Origin: Dehalococcoidia bacterium
GTDB taxonomy: Bacteria > Chloroflexota > Dehalococcoidia > SM23-28-2 > RBG-16-64-32
NCBI GenBank assembly: GCA_963665775.2
Contig: CAXXTF010000001.1
Location: 64,001-128,000 of the forward strand
Direction: 5' to 3'
Length of the DNA: 64,000 bases
Part shown: in pieces, positions 1-9,506 of the stretch
Layout of the letters: every line of letters begins with the position of its first letter
Numbering within the stretch: the stretch's first letter is position 1
The notes under the pieces: generated by a model
Told to the model about the DNA's origin: nothing
The model's database searches: none
Seen by the model: the letters and a program-made list of their open reading frames with translations, nothing else
Made by a program: the position numbers and the translations under genes

Positions 1-105
1 GGGCCTTCAGAACCTCTGACTGACGCTCACCCCGCTCCGTTAGAGGGTACTCCCGGCGCCCCTGAAGGCGCCTCTCGCGGTTACCCAGAGACTCGGCATG
101 TCGCA
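1..105 (-). promoter_or_regulatory. Candidate c-di-AMP (ydaO-type) riboswitch, 5' part, truncated by window edge
   Basis: Minus strand reads GCCGAGTCTC...GAGA-GGCGCC(ttcagg)GGCGCC-GGGAGTACC...GGGGTGAGC. This resembles the ydaO blocks GCYGAAUC / GGGGGACC / GGGGUGAAU in the correct order. The 3' half is outside the window. Confidence 0.35.
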
Positions 106-254
106 CCAACAGCAGTTGCATGAAGGGCTGTCCACTACTACGACACTCCCACCGTCAAGCGCACTCACCACAGCCTTTCACGTGCGCTCAGACGAGGTCC
201 CACCTTACCTCTCGGCGAACGGCCCTGAGCAAACGGGGCTCCTGCACAGTCACC

Positions 255-827
255 CTATCTCAAGAGCTCGATGAACTGATGCAGAATATGGGCGGTCGCT
301 CCCCAAATGTAATGGCCTTCATAGCGGTAGGACGACGTCAGGACCTCACGGCCGGCCCGCTCTCGCACCTCCAGCTCCATATTCCGGTCGTCCATCAGGA
401 AGGCCAGGGGAGCCTGCACCACCTGCGCTACTTCTTGCGTGTTCAGCACGAAGGGATACTCCGATGACGTGGTCAAGATGCCAACGTATGGGGTGACCCT
501 GAAGTTGCTAGCCGTCACTATGTCATCGAGAGGGCCGATGATCTCCACCTCTTCGGGCCGCACCCCGATCTCCTCGTACGTCTCCCGCAGGGCCGTCTGC
601 TCCAGATCGGCATCGTCGTCATCGAAGGCGCCACCCGGGAAGGAGACCTGCCCCTTGTGGTGCTCCACCTGGTCAGTCCGTTCCGTGAACAGAACGTGGG
701 CTTCCCCATCCCGGTCGTACACGAGGATGAGGACCGCCGCCGGTATCGTGGCGTGGTCGTCATTATGACGCGGCGCGTATTCGGCCAGCGCCTGCCGGAC
801 CTGCTCAAGCACTTCGTCGGCTGCCAT
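255..827 (-). CDS. Nudix hydrolase, CoA pyrophosphatase-like
   Basis: HKGQVSFPGG motif followed by Nudix box ALRETYEEIG; C-terminal IWGATA. Confidence 0.9.
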   Translation of the reverse strand: MAADEVLEQVRQALAEYAPRHNDDHATIPAAVLILVYDRDGEAHVLFTERTDQVEHHKGQVSFPGGAFDDDDADLEQTALRETYEEIGVRPEEVEIIGPLDDIVTASNFRVTPYVGILTTSSEYPFVLNTQEVAQVVQAPLAFLMDDRNMELEVRERAGREVLTSSYRYEGHYIWGATAHILHQFIELLR

Positions 828-1001
828 CCCAGTCCATCTTACAGCAGCATGCGGGGCCAGTCACCTTAAGCAATTCCGGCCCATGACGGTGCCATCCCTG
901 CCCCACGCCCCGGAAGAATCAGCCCTGGCCAAGCACATGGCGCAAAGAACGCGGATGGCTTTGCGCAAGGGGGTGTACAGACGGTTAGGGGTGGCCCGAT
1001 C

Positions 1002-1076
1002 TGGTGGGCCCGGGAGGATTCGAACCTCCAACCAACCGGTTATGAGCCGGTCGCTCTGCCCTTGAGCTACGGGCCC
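1002..1076 (-). tRNA. tRNA with CAT anticodon (probably Ile2/lysidine type; elongator Met not excluded)
   Basis: GGGCCCGTAGCTCAAGGGCAGAGCGACCGGCT-CAT-AACCGGTTGGTTGGAGGTTCGAATCCTCCCGGGCCCACCA; cloverleaf, encoded CCA, paired 1:72 so not an initiator. Confidence 0.93.
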
Positions 1077-1263
1077 GCCACCTGAATTGTATAGCGCCAC
1101 CGACGCCCCTTCAACACTTGTCACGCTCCCTTGCAGGGCGGCACAGAGCTTGGCCCCCAACAGCTCGTCATGTAACGGGCCCCCAGACCTCAACGTCTCA
1201 ACTTATGACTCACGTCCCGAGCGAACTGGGACGCGGCGATCCAGGCGAAAGGGGATATTCCGG

Positions 1264-2118
1264 ATGACCGCACCAGATGAGCTCCGTCCTTCCGACGCAA
1301 TTGCGGTCGAGGACGCAGCCGACTCCCAGAGCCTCAACCAGCGAATCTGGTCTTTGCGGCTTGCCGGCGCCGTCCTTCTAGTCGCCGTCTGGCTAACCGT
1401 TAGCGTGCGCGACATCGGCTCAACCTATTTCATTGTGGAGACGGTTGTATTCGGTATCCTGGGCACCTACGGCTTTCTGGCAGCTGCCGCCAGTCGGGGA
1501 GCGGCGGTCCGCCAAGAGGCGAAGCTGCGGCTGCGTCTCCTGGTGCGCAACATGGAACTGGAGAAGTCAGCGAAGCGCGATGACCTGACCCAGCTCTTCA
1601 ACCGCCGCTATCTATTCGAGCAGCTGGAGCGCGAGCTGCAAACGGCCAAAGAGAGCAACTGCCCATTGGCCGTCGTCATCGCCGACCTAGACTCTTTCAC
1701 GTCGATGAACAGCGCGTTCGGCCACCGCATGGGCGACAAGGCCCTGTCCCAATTCGGCCGGCTACTGCTCGACCAGGCGCGCGCCAGCGACGTGCCCGGC
1801 CGGATCGGCAGCGACGAGTTCGCGATCATCCTTCCGTACACTTCCGAGAGGGGCGCCCAGAGTGTGGTCGAGCGGCTATCCGCCGGGCTAGATAACACTG
1901 ACCTCATCGATAATGACGGTCTAGCCGTGCCGCTTACGGCCTGCTTTGGCATCTCCGGCTACCCCTGGGGCGGGGATACGGTTAACGGTATCATCCAGCA
2001 CGCGACCGCATCCCTTTACGCTTACCGGCAACCCGATGAGGGCGCTGTGCCCGCGATATTTCGGAAGTCGCTCGAATCCCTCGACGACGACTTCGAATCG
2101 GAAGAGCCCCAAGCCTGA
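1264..2118 (+). CDS. Membrane-anchored GGDEF domain protein (GSDEF variant)
   Basis: Two TM segments, then DDLTQLFNRR, DLDSF, GHRMGD, RIGSDEF. ATG at 1264 preferred over the ORF-track start 1087. Confidence 0.85.
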   Translation: MTAPDELRPSDAIAVEDAADSQSLNQRIWSLRLAGAVLLVAVWLTVSVRDIGSTYFIVETVVFGILGTYGFLAAAASRGAAVRQEAKLRLRLLVRNMELEKSAKRDDLTQLFNRRYLFEQLERELQTAKESNCPLAVVIADLDSFTSMNSAFGHRMGDKALSQFGRLLLDQARASDVPGRIGSDEFAIILPYTSERGAQSVVERLSAGLDNTDLIDNDGLAVPLTACFGISGYPWGGDTVNGIIQHATASLYAYRQPDEGAVPAIFRKSLESLDDDFESEEPQA

Positions 2119-2283
2119 ACTCCTAGCCGTTGCCCCCCATCGGCTATCAGCGGCCGCGGCACCCCATCTCGCCAGACAAGGAGTATACTGCCTTTCTACC
2201 GGCCGTGACGCCGCCGTCAAGGTCTAGAGGGTCCGGAGGAGCAAGGCTACCGGCATCGGCTGGACCATCTGGAGAGTGATAAC

Positions 2284-2700
2284 ATGAGCTTCACTGTCAT
2301 TGAGCTTGAAGACATACCAGTCGCGTTCGTGAAGGTGGAAGGTGGTCCAACACACGCCGCGAAAGCCTTTGCAGAGCTAGAAGCGAGAATGGGGAGCTTT
2401 AGAGGGAAAAGGTTTTACGGGGTATTCGATGTCAACACCGGAGAATATAGGGCATGTGTGAGGCTGGACGAGAACAACCCTGATTCTATGGGACTTGATT
2501 CTGGAACCATACCAGGCAGAAAGTACGCGAGAACAAAAATAGTAGATTGGACGGGAAAGGAACATACCATAGGACCAACATTCGATGAACTAGTAAAGAA
2601 CTGCATAGAATCAGGGCACGAAATAGATATAACTCGCCCCAGCATCGAATTCTACAGAAGTCAACAAGAACTCTTTCTCTTAGTGCCAATCAGCAATTGA
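2284..2700 (+). CDS. GyrI-like small-molecule-binding domain protein
   Basis: GEYRACV, TIPGRKYA, RPSIEFYRS pattern; visibly lower GC than flanks. Confidence 0.7.
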   Translation: MSFTVIELEDIPVAFVKVEGGPTHAAKAFAELEARMGSFRGKRFYGVFDVNTGEYRACVRLDENNPDSMGLDSGTIPGRKYARTKIVDWTGKEHTIGPTFDELVKNCIESGHEIDITRPSIEFYRSQQELFLLVPISN

Positions 2701-2758
2701 TTTAGCCTCGGCACCAGAATTGAATATCAGCTGACTCGTTCGCCAGTGGGGTGATGTC

Positions 2759-5311
2759 TTACTGCCGCCAGACCCGCCCGCGCTCGGCCTCATCGTCAGA
2801 AGGTCTCGCCGTGAGCCAGTCGATAATCCGCGGCCAGTAGCGGCTGAGGTAGAACTGCCCGGCAAGCGCCGCCAGCACTGCGGGCAACACTATGGCCCAC
2901 TGCCCCGGCCCCATCTCCGTGAAGTCGAAGAACCGGCGGAGCCAGGAAGTGTATAGGGTCAGCGCGAATGCCGTCAACAATAGCCCACCAAGGACAGTCG
3001 TCAGGACTGGACGGGTGAGATTTCGAACCGATACCCTCTGGAAACCCTCGAAACCCAGCACCTCCACCATGTACAGAATCCCGGTAATGCCGATGGTCAG
3101 CGAGACGAGCGTGCGCGTCTCCTCTACGGAGCGGCCCAGCAACCCCTGTGTGAAAAGGTCCACAGAGATACCCGCCGCCGCCAGCGACAGGGATGCCGGC
3201 AGGGCGAAGCGCATCACGCTGTGTGTGAAGTCACGTCCGGCATCAGGCGGCGGCACGCTCATGGAGATGAACACCGTAGGAATGCCCAGCGTGAGCAGGC
3301 TGGTGAGCGACCCCTGGCGAGGAAGGAACGGAAAGTCCAGGCCTAGCATATTGGTGGCCACGATGATCAGGTAAGCATAGAGACTCTTGGTTATGAAGAG
3401 CTTGCTCAAGCGCGTCACATTGCCCACCACCGTCTTGGCCTCTTTCGTTCCCTTGATCAGCGCCTCGAAAGAGTCGTCCAGCAGCACGATGCCGGAGACA
3501 GCGCGCGCCGTCTCCGTGCCCGAGACCATCGCTACCGCGACATCGGCGGCGTGCAGGGCCCGCACGTCGTTGGCGCCGTCTCCCACCATCGCCACGAAAT
3601 GGCCATTACCCTTGAGCCTAGCGACGATCTGCGCCTTCTGCGCCGGGGTCACCCTACCGAAGACGCTATGCCCTTCCACGGCGGCGGCGAAGGCGTCGTC
3701 CTCCAGCCTCTCAAGCTCCGTGCCGGAGATGGCGCCCCCCTTCAGCGTGATCCCGACCTGGGTAGCCAAAGCGAGGACGGTCTCCGGATTATCGCCGCTA
3801 ATCAGCTTCGGCTCGATGCCTAGGTCCGCCATCATGGCGAACGCCCCGTCCACCTCCGATCGGAGAACGTCTGTGAACGAAATCAGCGCCAGCGGACGAG
3901 GGCGGGAGAGCGCCTCCCCCACCTCGGGCAGGGACTCGATCTCGGCGAAGACGACCGCGCGGAAGCCGGACGCGACCGACTCTTCGTACGCGGTGAGCAT
4001 GGTATCGTCCACCCGGCCATCCTCGGCCAGGGACAGCAGGATCTCCGGCGCCCCCAGGAGGAAGGTGCGCCGCTCCTCCCCCAGTCGCAGTCGGAGCGCG
4101 CTCCAGCGCCTCTCCGAGCTGAACGAAACGCTCCCCTCCGGCTGGGCGCCATGAGACATCCCCGCCAGCGCCTCGGCGAGGGTGGCTGTCGTCTTGCTCT
4201 CGCCGGCCATCGCCGCGGCGAACGCCGCCAACCAGGACGCGTCCGCCTCGGCACCGGGAGCCCAGTGCATCGAGCGGAGCGTTAGCTCGTTGGCGGTGAG
4301 CGTGCCCGTCTTGTCCAGGCAGACGACATCCACGTAGTTCAGCGCCTCGACGGCGGTGATGTCCTGCACCAGCGCCCTGGCGCGCGATACCCGTACCGCC
4401 CCGATCGCGAACGCCACCGTGACCGCAAGGATGAGCCCCTCCGGGACAATGGTAGCGATCGTGGCCGTTGTCGCCTTGATCGCCTCGGCGAGGCCGCGAT
4501 CCTCAACGTTGAAGGAGATGAGAAGCATCGCCCCCAACACCGCTGTCGCGACCAGGAGTACACGCACCAGCCGCTTGAACCGGAGCTGGAGGGGTGAGAG
4601 ACGGCGCACGAGGCTCCGCGCCTCGGCTGCGAGTTGCACAGCGTAAGCCTCAGCACCCACCCTCTCGGCCACGTAGTGGCAGCTTCCAGAAGTACAGAAA
4701 CTGCCGGAAAGCAGCGCCTCACCCTGCGTCTTCGGGCTGGGGTCCGATTCGCCCGTGAGCAGCGATTCGTCGATCTCAGCGACGCCGCTGACCACCGGTC
4801 CATCGGCGACAACCTGATGGCCTCGCTCCAGGTGGATGAGGTCACCCTGGACGACCTGCTCAGCGGGAATCGCGATCTCCTGGCCATCACGCACGACGGT
4901 GGCACGCGGGGTAGCGAGGGCCGCCAGTTCCCGCAGTTTTCTTGTGGCGCGAAGCTCCTGATAGGTGGCGATAGCCACGTTCGCCACGACCACGATCCCC
5001 ACGAAAACGCCGTCCTGGAAGTGCCCGATGTCCGTGTCCACGATGGCGAGGACGAACAGGATCAGGATCAGGCTGCCTAGGCCCAGATTGAAGAACGTGA
5101 GCGCGTTGGCGCGGATGACTTCGCCATCTGTCCGTCGCCTCGTGGTATCGACGTTGGCCAGCCCTCGGTCGGCCCGGGCCAGCGCCTCAACCGTCGTAAG
5201 CCCCACCGGACGGGACTGCAACGCGTCCCTGGGCTCCTCTGTAGCTCCCTTCACCTGATAAGACCTGGTCGACGGCTCAGCGACGCATCCATGGGGGATC
5301 GATAACCTCAA
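2759..5311 (-). CDS. P-type cation-transporting ATPase (CtpE-like)
   Basis: TGES, PEGL, DKTGT, SGDN and GDGAND motifs; multiple TM helices; start codon uncertain. Confidence 0.92.
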   Translation of the reverse strand: MRLSIPHGCVAEPSTRSYQVKGATEEPRDALQSRPVGLTTVEALARADRGLANVDTTRRRTDGEVIRANALTFFNLGLGSLILILFVLAIVDTDIGHFQDGVFVGIVVVANVAIATYQELRATRKLRELAALATPRATVVRDGQEIAIPAEQVVQGDLIHLERGHQVVADGPVVSGVAEIDESLLTGESDPSPKTQGEALLSGSFCTSGSCHYVAERVGAEAYAVQLAAEARSLVRRLSPLQLRFKRLVRVLLVATAVLGAMLLISFNVEDRGLAEAIKATTATIATIVPEGLILAVTVAFAIGAVRVSRARALVQDITAVEALNYVDVVCLDKTGTLTANELTLRSMHWAPGAEADASWLAAFAAAMAGESKTTATLAEALAGMSHGAQPEGSVSFSSERRWSALRLRLGEERRTFLLGAPEILLSLAEDGRVDDTMLTAYEESVASGFRAVVFAEIESLPEVGEALSRPRPLALISFTDVLRSEVDGAFAMMADLGIEPKLISGDNPETVLALATQVGITLKGGAISGTELERLEDDAFAAAVEGHSVFGRVTPAQKAQIVARLKGNGHFVAMVGDGANDVRALHAADVAVAMVSGTETARAVSGIVLLDDSFEALIKGTKEAKTVVGNVTRLSKLFITKSLYAYLIIVATNMLGLDFPFLPRQGSLTSLLTLGIPTVFISMSVPPPDAGRDFTHSVMRFALPASLSLAAAGISVDLFTQGLLGRSVEETRTLVSLTIGITGILYMVEVLGFEGFQRVSVRNLTRPVLTTVLGGLLLTAFALTLYTSWLRRFFDFTEMGPGQWAIVLPAVLAALAGQFYLSRYWPRIIDWLTARPSDDEAERGRVWRQ

Positions 5312-5445
5312 TCGCTACGACAGGCACAGACTCGCCCCCTCTCAACACTCGTCACCGGGAGTGCTATCGACACGAACTTCGTTGCCGCCCATGTTAGCAC
5401 CGGAGCGGCCCGGCAGGCGGATCATGCACAGGCCGTGGCAAAAGG

Positions 5446-6381
5446 CTAGGGAATCAGGGAGAGGAAGCCGTCCAGGGCGTCAAACCCGATATCCCCCGTG
5501 CGGGAGAACGTCACCACAACCATGTTCCTGTTCCACCATACAGACCCGTGATCGGGGAGACTGCGGCCCTCCTTGGGCTCCGGCGCCCTGCCGGAGACCA
5601 ACTCCCAGTCCCCCCTAGCCTCCTCCCGATTGCCATACACGAAGAGGGATAGCTGCATCGAAGCGTCGCCCCGGACGAGGCTCACATCGAGGGGCGCGAT
5701 CGAGAAGCCGCTGTAGCCGGCGCTGAGGTCTCCCAGAGCCACGACTATGTCCCGGGCTTCCCATTCCTCCCGCAAGTCGACGACGGAGAAGGGGTTGCCC
5801 ACCGGGAAACGTATCGGTATGGCGGTGGCGGTAGGGAGCAGAGTTGCGCCCACCGTAGGAGCGGGCGTGATCGTAGGGGTAGGCGAGGGCGAGGAGAAGC
5901 TCGCGACGTCGCCGTCCCTGTCGTCCAGAATGCCCGTACCGAACAGCACACCCGCAGCGATTGCGGTGATTGCGGCCACAGCAACGAGGCCAAGAACGGT
6001 TCTCACCATCCAGGGCCAGAGGAGACCACCTGTTGAGATTGAGGGGTGTCGCCCCCCTGAACTCCCGGATCCGCTGGCCTCAGCGCCGGAGGCCGCAGCA
6101 GGGGGCGGCGCCTCCTCTACCGACCCCTCGTCAGCCTGCCCGGCGGTGGGGGCAAGCTGCTGAGCTCGCTGTCGGTCGGCATCGGCCTGGGGCGCCATGC
6201 CCAGCCGCTCAAAGACATCCGCCCGGTTCACGTACGAGCGAGGGTAGGAGGGAGCGATCCAGATCGCATCGTTGAGATCGTTGAGGGCCTGGCGCAGTTT
6301 GCCTTTGGCGAGCAGCCTAATCGCCGCCGCATTCTTCTCCTCGGCCCTCCGAATCGCTTCGGCAGACGGTCGTGGCCGCAT
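5446..6381 (-). CDS. TPR-containing single-pass membrane protein
   Basis: N-terminal TPR (ALNDLNDAIWIAPSYPRSYVNRA), TM helix, Pro/Thr linker, C-terminal domain. Confidence 0.7.
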   Translation of the reverse strand: MRPRPSAEAIRRAEEKNAAAIRLLAKGKLRQALNDLNDAIWIAPSYPRSYVNRADVFERLGMAPQADADRQRAQQLAPTAGQADEGSVEEAPPPAAASGAEASGSGSSGGRHPSISTGGLLWPWMVRTVLGLVAVAAITAIAAGVLFGTGILDDRDGDVASFSSPSPTPTITPAPTVGATLLPTATAIPIRFPVGNPFSVVDLREEWEARDIVVALGDLSAGYSGFSIAPLDVSLVRGDASMQLSLFVYGNREEARGDWELVSGRAPEPKEGRSLPDHGSVWWNRNMVVVTFSRTGDIGFDALDGFLSLIP

Positions 6382-6505
6382 CGTTCGCCCTCCTGGCGGC
6401 GCTGAGCGCGTCCCAACGCCACTCGCAGCCTAACACGCTGGTCAACAGTGACCGCAATGTCAACGTTTCAGAGTCAACCAGGTTACGCCACGATAAGAGG
6501 AGGAG

Positions 6506-6811
6506 ATGGCTACTATCGGCCGGATCGGAGCCGCCAGCCCGCCCCGACAGGAACATCGGCGCCACCGGACGATACAGAACGAGGCAGCTAATCGTGCGAT
6601 ACTCGTGATAGTGGCCGTCCTGCTCGCCTCCTCGACTACTCAGGCCGTTGCGAGCCTTGAAACTGCAGGCAGACAGCTCTTTACCTACGGATTATGGGGA
6701 CATGCCATGCACGGGGAGGGTAGAATGTACACAACAGTTTCATCACACAACGAGAACCGGAAAGTCGAGATGAACCGGACAGTCGAAGCGAAGAGATCGC
6801 GCCATGAATGA
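6506..6811 (+). CDS. Hypothetical small protein with one hydrophobic segment
   Basis: Strong RBS GAGGAGGAG directly before ATG; stop overlaps next gene; no family recognised. Confidence 0.3.
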   Translation: MATIGRIGAASPPRQEHRRHRTIQNEAANRAILVIVAVLLASSTTQAVASLETAGRQLFTYGLWGHAMHGEGRMYTTVSSHNENRKVEMNRTVEAKRSRHE

Positions 6812-7538
6812 CGCACCCAGCATCGTTGAACTGGTCCGCAACGGCACCCTGAGTCCAGAGATGGCCGCCCTCCTGTGGGCGGCGGTAGACGAGCGGCGAT
6901 CGTTCGTCGTGGTAGCCATTCCCCGCCTGGCCGGCAAGACCACTGTGATGAACGCCATGCTGGCCCTACTCACTCCCGGGGTTCCCGTGCACCGGCTGGG
7001 CGGCGACGAAGCGGAGATGGGACGGCTGGCGGCGGCAGCAACGGGCGGCTACCTCGTCGTGGGCGAGTTTAGCCAGGCGCCGGTGCCCACGTACATCTGG
7101 GGGGCGCCCGTCCGTCGCCTGTTCGAGACTCTCGAAAACGGGTACTCCCTAGCCACCGCCCTGCACGCGCCGGGCCTACAGGAGACCTTCGACGTCATCT
7201 GCCAGGGCAATGCCGTGAGCGACGCGGCAGCATCCCGCATCAACCTTGTGCTGTATATCCGCCGGTTCGGCGATGGGCCGGAGACGTTCTGGCGACGCCT
7301 CATGGAGCTGCACGAGGTGGATGGCGTGGAGCGAGGACGTCCGCAGGGGCGGCTCCTTCATCGCTGGGTCGAGGAAGGCGATAGGTTCGAGACCGTGGAG
7401 GCACCACGCCTTCTGCGGGCCGACGCCCAAGAGCTGAAGGCCCGAGCAGAGCGGCTAGCCGAGCTGGCACGGTCGGGGCGAACCGCCGCCGCGGATGTGA
7501 CGGAGCTCGTGGCCGAGTACGAACGCCGGCAGCAGTAG
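6804..7538 (+). CDS. Stand-alone VirB11/TadA-like P-loop ATPase domain protein
   Basis: SIVELVRNGTL, atypical Walker A IPRLAGKTT, VVGEF, ATALHA. Confidence 0.75.
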   Translation: MNDAPSIVELVRNGTLSPEMAALLWAAVDERRSFVVVAIPRLAGKTTVMNAMLALLTPGVPVHRLGGDEAEMGRLAAAATGGYLVVGEFSQAPVPTYIWGAPVRRLFETLENGYSLATALHAPGLQETFDVICQGNAVSDAAASRINLVLYIRRFGDGPETFWRRLMELHEVDGVERGRPQGRLLHRWVEEGDRFETVEAPRLLRADAQELKARAERLAELARSGRTAAADVTELVAEYERRQQ

Positions 7539-7560
7539 GGATACCCGACCGATCGATCCG

Positions 7561-8424
7561 CTAGAGGATCACCCGCCGAGGGGGACGGCCGGAAGCGCGC
7601 CGGAAGTCGAGGAAGAGGTAGCGCCCGTCCAGCTCCTCCACGCGGCAGCGACGGGGGTTCCCGACAGCGACCTCGACATCGCGGACCAGGCGCGTCAACT
7701 CGGCGGCCGCTCCCCCCTTCACGGCGAGTATGCCTGAGCCGGCGGCGGTTTGCAGTTGAGCGGCGGTCAGCGTGAGCAGCCACCCCAGGGTCAGCTCGGC
7801 CCAGCCCAAGTGAAAGCTGTTGCTGGCGAAGGCCAGGGCCAGCCTCCTGGGGCCGGAGTCCGGTCCCACCTGAAGGACGGTGACGCCAAAGTGGGGCAGG
7901 CAGAGGTCTGTCAGCAGCCGATACATGGGCCCCAGGAGCTGGTCATCCGCCAGGAGGGCGTCGGCCCGAAAGCGGCCGATGTCGATCGAGAGGGCGATGT
8001 GCTCGCGGTCCTGGACGACGGCATCGGCGAGCCATTCCAGGTACCCTGCGAACTCGTCGGCCAGGAGACCCCGCTGACCGGCGATGCAGTCGCAGGCGCT
8101 ACGCAAGAGGGGCGCGCAGCCAACGTAGGAGCCTCGATCCATGAGGGCGCAAGCTTCGGCAAGACAGGAGAATGTGCGCGACCAGAGACCTAGCAACGCC
8201 ACCCCCTGCGGGGTGCGGTTCTTGGCATTATCGGCAACAATCTGAAGCTGCTGGTTCATGGACCGCTCGAACAGCTCCATATCGGCGCCAAGGAGAAACC
8301 GAGTCTGGCGGTGGGAGTCCCTGGCCGCGGCAGGGGCCGTCGCCGAACCTGACGGCAGGTCATAGCGATCGGGGAAGGCGGTTAGGGAGCTGTGTAGCCT
8401 GCGCCGGGGCGTCTGTTCAGACAT
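7561..8424 (-). CDS. Hypothetical all-helical protein (DUF5677/HEPN-like, tentative)
   Basis: Long ORF with coding-like composition; APLLRSACD and YRLLTDLCLPH resemble DUF5677 patterns. Confidence 0.6.
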   Translation of the reverse strand: MSEQTPRRRLHSSLTAFPDRYDLPSGSATAPAAARDSHRQTRFLLGADMELFERSMNQQLQIVADNAKNRTPQGVALLGLWSRTFSCLAEACALMDRGSYVGCAPLLRSACDCIAGQRGLLADEFAGYLEWLADAVVQDREHIALSIDIGRFRADALLADDQLLGPMYRLLTDLCLPHFGVTVLQVGPDSGPRRLALAFASNSFHLGWAELTLGWLLTLTAAQLQTAAGSGILAVKGGAAAELTRLVRDVEVAVGNPRRCRVEELDGRYLFLDFRRASGRPPRRVIL

Positions 8425-8638
8425 CTCAAGCTAGAACCGAATGCCGGGAAGCCGTCACCACTGTCGAGTCGGTCACACACAGATCGCATCCGACTATAAC
8501 GGATGCAACGAGTTCGCTGCGCCGGTATAATGCTTGATGGCACACGCGGTGTCAAACTAGGGGGATGTCAGAGTCTCGTTCCGGAATCCCCGATATGATC
8601 GACCGAAACACGCCACGGCCAATGGAAAGGATCTTGCG

Positions 8639-9103
8639 ATGCCCCTGAAGATAGGCGACCCGGCCCCGGAGCTGTCCCTCACGGACGCCAGCCGCAACCG
8701 CCTTACGCTAGCCGACTTCAAAGGCCAGAAGAGCCTGGTCCTGGCCTTTTACGCTCTAGCCTTCACCGGCGGCTGAACCCGCGAGCTGCAGGCCTTTCGC
8801 GATGTCATGAGCGACTTCGAGGAGGCCGGCGCCCAGGTCGTGGGCGTAAGCGTAGACCCGTTCCCCTCGCAGGGCGCCTTTGCTAAGAGCCTGGAGCTGA
8901 ACTTCCCCCTGGCCTCAGACTGGCCTAACTACGACACCGCCCGGGCCTACGACGTTTGGCAGGAGGAGCGGAGGGTTACCAGCCGCGTCACCTATGTCAT
9001 CGATAAGGACGGGACCATCAGGGGCGTGATCGAGAGCGCCACAGACATGGAGATCCACTCCCGGGAAGCGCTGCGTATCGTTACGGAGATAGCGGGAAAG
9101 TGA
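8639..9103 (+). CDS. Peroxiredoxin (AhpC/TSA, AhpE-like), selenoprotein with in-frame UGA
   Basis: MPLKIGDPAPELSL...LVLAFYALAFTGG-TGA(8774-8776)-TRELQAF continues in frame into ORF 8807-9103. TGA sits at the peroxidatic Cys position. Confidence 0.9.
8777..8803 (+). promoter_or_regulatory. Putative bacterial SECIS hairpin
   Basis: CGCGAG (8780-85) pairs with TTCGCG (8796-8801) immediately 3' of the UGA. Confidence 0.5.
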
Positions 9104-9146
9104 GCCCGAGTATGGGCCCTAACAGCCGGCAAGGAGGCGGGACACG

Positions 9147-9506
9147 ATGATCAAGGGGCTGCGGCTAACCTCAATCTGGAGCCAGGATCTGAACAATTTG
9201 CTTCCGTTCTACCGAGACGTTCTCGGCCTGGAGATAGGATTACAGGCGCCAGGCTTCGTCGTCCTGGGCGATCCGAACGGCCCGGCGGTTGCCTTGGGAA
9301 CGCACAGCGAAGTGCGGGGAAACGCGTCCGACCCCGCACGCCACCTCGTAGCCTTCGACACGGACGACATCCAGGGAGACTTCGCACGGCTGAAAAGCTC
9401 GGGAGTAGAGTTCATCGAGGAGCCGAACAAGCAGGATAACGTATGGATCGCCACGTTCAAGGACCCGGAGGGGAATCTGCTACAACTCTTCCAGTTCGAG
9501 GATTGA
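9147..9506 (+). CDS. VOC/glyoxalase family protein
   Basis: FYRDVLGL ... FKDPEGNLLQL; RBS AAGGAGG. Confidence 0.88.
   Translation: MIKGLRLTSIWSQDLNNLLPFYRDVLGLEIGLQAPGFVVLGDPNGPAVALGTHSEVRGNASDPARHLVAFDTDDIQGDFARLKSSGVEFIEEPNKQDNVWIATFKDPEGNLLQLFQFED

Noticed and set aside
6506-6811. Flp pilin next to the TadA-like ATPase
   Set aside because: No G-x4-EY prepilin motif
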